From: a virus
Lineage: Duplodnaviria; Caudoviricetes
Reading direction: 5' to 3' (one strand)
IMG/VR virus record: IMGVR_UViG_3300005662_003141
Span: 1-25,191 of that record
Length of the DNA: 25,191 nt
Below, piece by piece: positions 19,145 to 25,191 of this stretch. Under the pieces are notes generated by a model, which was given only the letters and a program-made list of their open reading frames with translations, was not told the origin of the DNA and did no database searches. Both the position numbers and the translations under genes were made by a program. Each line of letters opens with the position of its first letter. Within the stretch, counting starts at the first letter, position 1.

Positions 19145-19355
19145 TCTAAAGGGTATGGTATGGCCCGATGGGAGGGCCCACGCCATCCTATTCTACGGAC
19201 AGTCTGGCTGGAAGGCTAGAGTGTGGTATACTGCAAAGCAGGGAAAGGTCTTTGACCTAGGGGGAGGCCCTGAGGTATTCACACATGATGAGGCAGAGAA
19301 GAAGTTGCAGGAGGTATTCAATGTCTGGGCGACAGGTCAAAAGCGCAAGCGTTAA
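19131..19355 (+). CDS. Hypothetical protein
   Basis: 74 aa ORF bridging its neighbours. Confidence 0.55.
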   Translation: MNFVDLKGMVWPDGRAHAILFYGQSGWKARVWYTAKQGKVFDLGGGPEVFTHDEAEKKLQEVFNVWATGQKRKR

Positions 19356-19752
19356 GTTTACCTTCTCTGCCGGCACGCCCCAGAAGGTGAAAGCTTTCTG
19401 GGGCGAGCCAATCTCTTGGATCAAGTCCGTTCTCAAAGCTGAGGGCATCATCGTAAACAAGGTCACGATTCACTACCACGTTGGCAACGTGAAGAACAAG
19501 TGTCCGCTAGGCGAAGCTGACTCAGCTGAAGCTACGTTTATGTTGTGCACCAATCCGTATGACTACGACACATTCCTGCATGAGATTGCCCACGTGGTTA
19601 GCCCGGGCATTCACAGCAAGGCATGGGCCAAGAAGTTCATTGAGCTGGCTGGCAAGTACCTTAGTGGGCAGGACCGAGTTAGGGCCCTGTATACAGCGCA
19701 CAGGGACTACCCTAGCTGCGCAGCCCTGATTGGAGATATCTATGACATTTAG
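19321..19752 (+). CDS. SprT-like HEXXH zinc metallopeptidase
   Basis: TFLHEIAH......HSKAW; start reset to ATG 19321 after AGGAGG. Confidence 0.75.
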   Translation: MSGRQVKSASVKFTFSAGTPQKVKAFWGEPISWIKSVLKAEGIIVNKVTIHYHVGNVKNKCPLGEADSAEATFMLCTNPYDYDTFLHEIAHVVSPGIHSKAWAKKFIELAGKYLSGQDRVRALYTAHRDYPSCAALIGDIYDI

Positions 19753-19957
19753 AGAGAAGTTGACAAAGCCAGACAAGGATGTGCTAAGATTGTTTGTAGA
19801 GGACGCTAAGTCTGAGGGAATGTCCCTTAGGGCGTACTGCAAGAAGCACGGGATTGACTACTACCTGCTCACCGGTTTCCCAAGGCCGTGGCAGGAGGTA
19901 TCACTCCAGGAGGGGTTGAATGGCGAAGAAGGAACCGACGGAGCAACTGACATCTAG
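19742..19957 (+). CDS. Hypothetical small, possibly DNA-binding protein
   Basis: GGAG SD; EGMSLRAYCKKHGI is HTH-like. Confidence 0.55.
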   Translation: MTFREKLTKPDKDVLRLFVEDAKSEGMSLRAYCKKHGIDYYLLTGFPRPWQEVSLQEGLNGEEGTDGATDI

Positions 19958-20081
19958 CGATTACGTCAACGATGGGGATTGCCCAATCTGCGGCAAGTAC
20001 AAGAAGAAGATAGACTCAGGGAAGATGAAGCCTTGCTTCATGTGGGGCAGGGTCAAGGAGGAGGAGAACGAAGATGAGTGA
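19920..20081 (+). CDS. Small Cys-containing protein (53 aa, absent from the ORF track)
   Basis: AGGAGG SD, then MAKKEPTEQLTSSDYVNDGDCPICGKYKKKIDSGKMKPCFMWGRVKEEENEDE*; overlaps both neighbours. Confidence 0.7.
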   Translation: MAKKEPTEQLTSSDYVNDGDCPICGKYKKKIDSGKMKPCFMWGRVKEEENEDE

Positions 20082-20283
20082 AGACGTATACGGCAACAAA
20101 GTATACCGATGCACCGAGTGCGAGATGAGCTTTATTGAGGGATTTGAGATTGATCGCGGACTATGCGACGAATGCGCAGCTAGCATTGACGAGCAGGGCC
20201 GGCAGGAGAACATCGGGGTAGAGAGCCTTCAAGAGGTTCTGGTTGCTGCTAAAGAGGCATACCACACCCAGGAGGTCTTTTAA
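20074..20283 (+). CDS. Small zinc-finger protein
   Basis: CTEC...CDEC; GGAGGAG SD; TAATG coupling to dnaB. Confidence 0.65.
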   Translation: MSEDVYGNKVYRCTECEMSFIEGFEIDRGLCDECAASIDEQGRQENIGVESLQEVLVAAKEAYHTQEVF

Positions 20284-21575
20284 TGACCAGAACCAACCGC
20301 GAAGCGGAGCGAGCTCTCATCGGCGCATGCCTTATCTCAGGCGAATGCGCAGAGCGAGTGCTTGAGCGCGTCTCCGCCAACGACTTTGACGACATGCAGT
20401 GTCGCAATATTTACAATGCAATTAAGTCATTAGTAACTCAGGGCATGACGATTGACATCGTCACCCTCTCCGAAGAGCTGACCAAGGACGGCAAACTTGA
20501 GGAAGCTGGCGGGGTAACCAATATCTCAACTCTAGTTAGCTCAACACCAAATAGCTATAACTACGAATCGTACATTGACATCGTCCTGGACAACGCGATT
20601 CGACGTGATGTGCATCAGGTAGCTGCGCACATTGCTGACACGTCGCGGCTTGCGAAGACCGCAGAGGAGGCCTTGGCGGAAGCCGAGCGAGCCGTCTCCG
20701 GAATCTCTCGCAGCAGGTCCAGGGGGAAGTTCTCCACGATGGAGGACGTGATGGCTGAGACCATGGACAGGCTTGCCTTGATGCAAGCTGGGGGAGCGTC
20801 TGGCGTGTCATCTGGCATCGCTGGGATTGACTCCATTGTCGGTGGGTGGCAGCGTGGGGACTTGGTAATCGTCGCGGCCCGACCTAGCGTAGGTAAGACT
20901 GCCCTGGCGACTACCATGGCTGCTAACGCGGCATTCCGCAGCGGGAAGGCTATTGCCATCTTCTCGCTTGAGATGAGCAGGGAGCAGATCGGAAGCCGAA
21001 TGCTCTCGTCTGTCTCTGGTATCGGCCTTCACGAGATTAGGCACGGTCAGTTGGACTTGGCTGAGATGACTGAGGTCATGGCAGCGTCCGACAGGATCAA
21101 GCGCAGCAAGATCTTCGTTGAGGATGCGCCTATTGCGACTCCTGGCGAAATGAAGTCCAAGTGCCGGCGGCTTAAGAAGGAGCACGGACTTGACCTTGTA
21201 GTCGTTGACTACCTGCAGCTTATGTCCCCAGACCGTGGGAACAAGGACAGCAACCGCGTGTACGACGTGGCAGAAATCAGTCGTGGGCTCAAGGCGTTGG
21301 CGCGGGAGCTTGACGTTCCTGTGGTAGCATTGAGTCAGCTGAGTCGGTCATCTGAGTACCGAGAGAACAACGAGCCAAAGCTCTCAGACCTTCGGGACTC
21401 TGGGGCTATTGAGCAGGATGCTGACGTTGTGCTTATGCTGTGGAGGTCCACTGACGTGTCGCTTGACGTGTCGGTTGAGACCGTACATTGCAAGGTGGCT
21501 AAGCATCGCAACGGACCAACTGGTCGGACCGAGTTGATGTTCAACCGGACGACAGCAACATTTAAGGGGGCCTAA
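20283..21575 (+). CDS. dnaB: Replicative DNA helicase DnaB
   Basis: EAERALIG, AARPSVGKT, FSLEMS, VVDYLQLM, ALSQLSR, DLRDSGAIEQDAD, KHRNGPTG. Confidence 0.98.
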   Translation: MTRTNREAERALIGACLISGECAERVLERVSANDFDDMQCRNIYNAIKSLVTQGMTIDIVTLSEELTKDGKLEEAGGVTNISTLVSSTPNSYNYESYIDIVLDNAIRRDVHQVAAHIADTSRLAKTAEEALAEAERAVSGISRSRSRGKFSTMEDVMAETMDRLALMQAGGASGVSSGIAGIDSIVGGWQRGDLVIVAARPSVGKTALATTMAANAAFRSGKAIAIFSLEMSREQIGSRMLSSVSGIGLHEIRHGQLDLAEMTEVMAASDRIKRSKIFVEDAPIATPGEMKSKCRRLKKEHGLDLVVVDYLQLMSPDRGNKDSNRVYDVAEISRGLKALARELDVPVVALSQLSRSSEYRENNEPKLSDLRDSGAIEQDADVVLMLWRSTDVSLDVSVETVHCKVAKHRNGPTGRTELMFNRTTATFKGA

Positions 21576-21576
21576 T

Positions 21577-21840
21577 ATGAGCGCAAAGGTTACGCAGGAA
21601 GACAAGGAAACGTTGAAGGTCAACATTGAGGTTGACTGCCCGTGCGAGGTCGGAATCTGCGACCACTCTATGGCGGAAGTCAGCAATGCCCTTCAGCAGG
21701 CGTACACACGCGGCGTACGAGATGGTGCGACTGGCGCCATGGAGAACGTTAAGGAGTTCTTGCAGAAGAACTACCCAGCAGAGTTCGCCCGAGCTGAGAA
21801 AGCAGCGGCTGCGGCAGCGAGCAAGACTAGGTTAAATTGA
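21577..21840 (+). CDS. Hypothetical protein
   Basis: 87 aa; CPC...CDH possible metal site. Confidence 0.6.
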   Translation: MSAKVTQEDKETLKVNIEVDCPCEVGICDHSMAEVSNALQQAYTRGVRDGATGAMENVKEFLQKNYPAEFARAEKAAAAAASKTRLN

Positions 21841-22211
21841 CAGCCTTCCTACTGGCCCTGGCCATGGTATTCCCGACTCACGGGGAAGATACCAAGGTCA
21901 GGGCCACTTGGTATGGGTCGACTAGCGGCCGGTCTGGGTTCTACTGCTACCAAGGTTTCAAGAACTCTTGCCCGCCGTACAAGTCAGGTGACATCTACAT
22001 GTACGCTGCGGTGCCTGGGTTTAAATGGGGCGACAAGCCATACAAGCTACAGGTGTGCTACAATAAGCACTGCATCAGGGTCACCGTAAGGGATTGCCTG
22101 TGCAGTAGGAAGGGCGGCGGGTTTATTGACCTGTCGCCGATTGCTTTCATGGCGCTTGCCGGAAAGCTGAAGAAGGGGACTATATGGGTGACGGTACAAT
22201 TGGTCAACTGA
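21837..22211 (+). CDS. RlpA-like double-psi beta-barrel protein (lytic transglycosylase/expansin-like), secreted
   Basis: Signal-like N-terminus, ATWY, AA, VTVRDC, IDLSPIAF..L motifs; TTGA overlap. Confidence 0.8.
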   Translation: MTAFLLALAMVFPTHGEDTKVRATWYGSTSGRSGFYCYQGFKNSCPPYKSGDIYMYAAVPGFKWGDKPYKLQVCYNKHCIRVTVRDCLCSRKGGGFIDLSPIAFMALAGKLKKGTIWVTVQLVN

Positions 22212-23203
22212 CGAATGCGTCATTCTTTTCTGGAGTAGGAGGGATGGATCTTGGATTTGAAAGAGCGGGAATCAGGACAGTCAGCTTCAGCGAAATTGAG
22301 CCATACCAAAGCGGAGTCCTTGAACGACATTGGCCAGGAGTACCGAATCTCGGAGACATCGCCAAGCTCGCAGATCGTGAGCTTTCCAAGCAGGTACAGC
22401 AGACAGCCGACAAAGTTCAACGACGTGGCGGATACTCTGACGATCAGTGCGGGCCCTCCGGCTGTCGCAAGTGGCAGCATGCCGACATCTTCTCCGGAGG
22501 ATTCCCATGCCAAGACCTTAGCGCAGCTGGCGCAAGAAAGGGATTCAAAGGAGAGCGATCAGTCCTTGCCTTCACATTCCTCAACCTTGTGGAGCTCTAC
22601 CGACCTGCCTGGCTGGTGCTGGAGAACGTCCCAGGTCTACTCCATTCCTCTCAAGGCCGCGACTTCGCCCGACTCATCAGTGAAATGGAACAACTCGGGT
22701 ATGGCGTGGCGTGGCGTGTCTTGGACGCGCAATACTTCGGAGTCCCCCAACGACGCCGACGTGTCTTCATTGTGGCAAGTCTTGGATCGGATCGTGCCGG
22801 CGAAGTACTTTTTGAGTGCGAAGGCGGCTGCGGGCATTCTGCGACGCACGTTGAAGAGAAAGGCAGGGAAGAGTCTTCCGCCCATGCTGACCGACGTACT
22901 GTCTCAAATCTCAACGCAAGCAAATCCGGATGGCGCATCGGGGCCGAGGACGCCGCAGGGGGACACCTCATCCTGGGCTCGGAGAATGACGCCCGTGGAA
23001 TGCGAGCGTCTAATGGGCTGGCCAGACGGGTGGACAGTCAATTACCAGTGGAGGGGGAAACGGGGCTCTACGGGCCGGAAATAGGCCTCTACGACGATTC
23101 TACGGACGGCCTTGACACCAGGCGCTACACCTGCTGCGGAAACGGAGTCGTATCCAGCGTTGCGGAGTGGGTTGGTCGTAGACTTGTAGCTGTGGCAAAG
23201 TGA
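22184..23203 (+). CDS. dcm: DNA cytosine-C5 methyltransferase, large (alpha) polypeptide
   Basis: Motifs I FSGVGG, IV GGFPCQDLS, VI ENVPG, VIII PQRRRRVFIV and X RYTCCGNGV; motif IX absent in this frame. Confidence 0.92.
   Translation: MGDGTIGQLTNASFFSGVGGMDLGFERAGIRTVSFSEIEPYQSGVLERHWPGVPNLGDIAKLADRELSKQVQQTADKVQRRGGYSDDQCGPSGCRKWQHADIFSGGFPCQDLSAAGARKGFKGERSVLAFTFLNLVELYRPAWLVLENVPGLLHSSQGRDFARLISEMEQLGYGVAWRVLDAQYFGVPQRRRRVFIVASLGSDRAGEVLFECEGGCGHSATHVEEKGREESSAHADRRTVSNLNASKSGWRIGAEDAAGGHLILGSENDARGMRASNGLARRVDSQLPVEGETGLYGPEIGLYDDSTDGLDTRRYTCCGNGVVSSVAEWVGRRLVAVAK
22251..23084 (+). CDS. Nested +1-frame gene: probable C5-MTase small (beta) polypeptide carrying motif IX
   Basis: 277 open codons; AGGAGG at 22237-22242, 8 nt before TTG; SSLWQVL..VPAKYFLSAKAAAGILRR..GK.LP and RRMTPVECERLMGWPDGWT. 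Alternative start ATG 22479. Confidence 0.75.
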   Translation: MDLKERESGQSASAKLSHTKAESLNDIGQEYRISETSPSSQIVSFPSRYSRQPTKFNDVADTLTISAGPPAVASGSMPTSSPEDSHAKTLAQLAQERDSKESDQSLPSHSSTLWSSTDLPGWCWRTSQVYSIPLKAATSPDSSVKWNNSGMAWRGVSWTRNTSESPNDADVSSLWQVLDRIVPAKYFLSAKAAAGILRRTLKRKAGKSLPPMLTDVLSQISTQANPDGASGPRTPQGDTSSWARRMTPVECERLMGWPDGWTVNYQWRGKRGSTGRK

Positions 23204-23209
23204 TAAAGT

Positions 23210-23285
23210 CCCCCCCGTCGGGCATGGCGTGATAGTACCCCCCGCTCGCCCCCGTCGGGCATGTCGGGCGCCCTCCGTCGGGCAT
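23210..23285. repeat. Three direct copies of CCGTCGGGCAT amid C-tracts
   Basis: Exact copies at 23215-23225, 23252-23262 and 23275-23285, plus partial GTCGGGC at 23263-23269. Confidence 0.85.
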
Positions 23286-23315
23286 AGGGTCGCGCGTTAC
23301 TAATTCGCTATTTGC

Positions 23316-23359
23316 GCTCCTCACCAGCCGTTATTAGCAGCTGGTGAGGAGCATTTTTT
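23316..23359 (+). terminator. Rho-independent terminator between convergent blocks
   Basis: GCTCCTCACCAGC (23316-23328) pairs perfectly with GCTGGTGAGGAGC (23340-23352), followed by A then T6. Confidence 0.9.
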
Positions 23360-23768
23360 ATTCGGCCGGTTGCTCAATGCCTAATGAAGACATAATAGCT
23401 CTAGAGATTTCTCTGGCTTGAAAGCCTCTTCCCAATAGGGAATCGTTATAGTCGACACCACTTTCTAGCCATAGTGCAGAAGCTACTGCGTAATGGAAAG
23501 TAAGTGCTTGGATACCGACGAGCTCGTCGACCATATTGCCTTCATTGTCAAAGATTGTTGTTTTTGCTGACGAGTAGTCAGATTTAAGAGTTGACTCATA
23601 CTTCTTGACGAATGCTTCAGGGTACCCGATTTGAATTAGGTAATCACCTTTGTAGATGCTATGTCCATCTCCATCAAGGAATCTTCGTGCTTCTTCACTA
23701 GTCTTAAGCAGGCTGGTGAGCAAGTCACGAAGCTTGCTGTCTTCCCAGAAGTTACGTTCAGTCACCAT
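23358..23768 (-). CDS. Hypothetical protein (136 aa)
   Basis: Start reset to ATG 23768 after GGAGGAG; stop abuts the terminator. Confidence 0.75.
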   Translation of the reverse strand: MVTERNFWEDSKLRDLLTSLLKTSEEARRFLDGDGHSIYKGDYLIQIGYPEAFVKKYESTLKSDYSSAKTTIFDNEGNMVDELVGIQALTFHYAVASALWLESGVDYNDSLLGRGFQAREISRAIMSSLGIEQPAE

Positions 23769-24435
23769 TTCTCCTCCTTGCGACCCATAGGATCGCTTGC
23801 AACTCTGACGCATAAAGCCCCAGAGCATCTGCTGCTTTCTGGAACTTCAGCTGGTAGGATTTGTACTGAGTAGCATTAAGGTCAACGTCCTTCCATACTT
23901 TCTTTTTGTTTACAACAATCTTCTTGTTGTATGGAGGGAACTCCCTTGCTGCCCAGCGATCAATAGGACACCTGTCCGTCTCGCCCTCACTAATGATTGA
24001 CATATAAAAGTCTCTTACCTTCTGGCCTTTAAGCCTTCGCACATCTCCATCTTCTAAGATTGCCGTAGCAATTTTGATATTTGCTGGATATGCTTGAAGC
24101 GGAGGCAATGGGACTCCATTGTATTTGTTTTCTAGCAAGGCACGTATTACTTTAATGTTTGTTTCTGGCGAAGCCCCCGGTGAGACAGCAGCAACTGCTG
24201 CAACAGCCGATGATTGATGCTTGAGATCGTAGTGCTTGGTAGCGTGGTAAATCATTCTATTGAACTCGTAGTACCATCCTGCTGAATGAAGGAAATCTAG
24301 TCGGGCTTCCTTAGTGTCGACTTCTGTTATGACATTGTTGAACCGCTTGATTAGAGGCTGTGCTAGCAGCTTCGGGTCATATGACCTACTTGCTGCTAGC
24401 AACACCCTACTCAGGCGGCTTTCGCCGCTGATCAT
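23758..24435 (-). CDS. Phage protein of DUF7178-like / HhH DNA-glycosylase-like type
   Basis: WY...VAAVSP....ETN...GQKVRDFY...PIDRWA...Y...AA..LG....LQAILW pattern; family assignment from memory of motifs. Confidence 0.55.
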   Translation of the reverse strand: MISGESRLSRVLLAASRSYDPKLLAQPLIKRFNNVITEVDTKEARLDFLHSAGWYYEFNRMIYHATKHYDLKHQSSAVAAVAAVSPGASPETNIKVIRALLENKYNGVPLPPLQAYPANIKIATAILEDGDVRRLKGQKVRDFYMSIISEGETDRCPIDRWAAREFPPYNKKIVVNKKKVWKDVDLNATQYKSYQLKFQKAADALGLYASELQAILWVARRRNGD

Positions 24436-24878
24436 TACTTAACGCCGCGGTCGCTAAGGAATCTCTTGTCTTCAAGCTCTCGCTTAATGACAATGTGAAC
24501 CTCAATGGACGTACCCTTGTACAGGTCACGGACATCATAGCTCGTTTCACCACACTTGCCCTCATAACGCCAGCTGGTGTTAATTCCTAGCTCTCCTGCC
24601 AATTTCTGGATTGCTCCACCGTGGTAGCTACCAAAGTCATCAACAACAGGCTTAACAGCATCGTGCAATGCTGATGCAAAGTTAATGCTCTTTACTGCTG
24701 TGTTATGACCATAGCTCTCAGCAGCTGCTTTCTTGGCAAGCTGTGGAAGAGCCGCACGAAGTACTGAGTTCAGTACATCTGCGTCATCAATGCTAATACT
24801 TACCTGCTGAGAGAAAGCTCCTGGAAGCTCCTTTAGAGTTGGTGGTACACACGTATTCTTCTTCTTCTTGTTAACCAT
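24435..24878 (-). CDS. Hypothetical protein
   Basis: ATG 24878 after GGAGGAG; TAATG coupling to the next gene. Confidence 0.7.
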   Translation of the reverse strand: MVNKKKKNTCVPPTLKELPGAFSQQVSISIDDADVLNSVLRAALPQLAKKAAAESYGHNTAVKSINFASALHDAVKPVVDDFGSYHGGAIQKLAGELGINTSWRYEGKCGETSYDVRDLYKGTSIEVHIVIKRELEDKRFLSDRGVK

Positions 24879-25191
24879 TGTTCTCCTCCATTTCATAGTT
24901 TCGCTTATGCTTTGCTAGATCACGAAGGCTCTCGAGCTTAATGCTTACATCAAGATCGTCAAGGTCGTGAATCTCATTCTCTCTGGCAATCACTTCAAGG
25001 TCATTGAGTACGGTTGCCAGCTGGTTCTCCAATGTACACAGCAACAAATAGAACTTATTGTAAGTAATATTAGTTGAGTTTGATGAATACATAATGGCAT
25101 TAGCAATGTTATTGATACCCTTAAGCATAGTATGATTTAGATATCCGCTAGACCTGGTGAGCATGCTATGACCACGCTCAAACTGCTCTTG
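24871..25191 (-). CDS. Hypothetical protein, probably 5'-truncated by window edge
   Basis: Frame is open to base 25191 (QEQFERGHSMLTR...); overlaps the start of the next gene. Confidence 0.6.
   Translation of the reverse strand, partial: QEQFERGHSMLTRSSGYLNHTMLKGINNIANAIMYSSNSTNITYNKFYLLLCTLENQLATVLNDLEVIARENEIHDLDDLDVSIKLESLRDLAKHKRNYEMEENNG

Noticed and set aside
23210-23285. Repeats as a mini CRISPR array
   Set aside because: 11 bp repeats with 26 and 12 nt gaps are too short and irregular
23341-25162. Recurrent CTGGTGAG as Chi-like motif
   Set aside because: Few copies, mostly inside coding sequence; enrichment cannot be shown by eye
1-25191. tRNA, integrase/att site, diversity-generating retroelement, intron/intein or recoded stop codons
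   Set aside because: No cloverleaf, recombinase, reverse transcriptase or intein motifs seen; genes tile the window under the standard code

Overview
Gene-dense fragment of a dsDNA tailed-phage genome; no host genes, integrase, tRNA, rRNA or CRISPR array are recognisable. Plus strand 1-14755 is a morphogenesis block: portal C-terminus, two very large probable internal/ejection proteins, scaffold, N4-gp56-type major capsid protein, head-tail adaptor, Dit-like protein and Tal/Gp37-like tail-tip protein. Plus strand 14818-23203 follows an extended -10 promoter and is a recombination/replication/modification block: DEDD exonuclease, HAD phosphatase, Cas4-like nuclease, ERF, SSB-like, resolvase-like, Nmad1, HEXXH protease, DnaB, RlpA-like protein and a C5 methyltransferase. 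A repeat cluster and terminator follow, then four convergent AT-richer minus-strand genes. Most notable: (1) a C5-MTase whose motif IX sits in a 277-codon gene nested in the +1 frame; (2) three related covarying intergenic hairpins about 20 nt before start codons, one with pseudoknot potential; (3) sipho-type tail-tip genes and podo-type ejection proteins with no visible tail tube or tape measure; (4) the same beta-rich module inserted in both capsid and tail tip. All family calls come from motif recognition by eye, not database searches.
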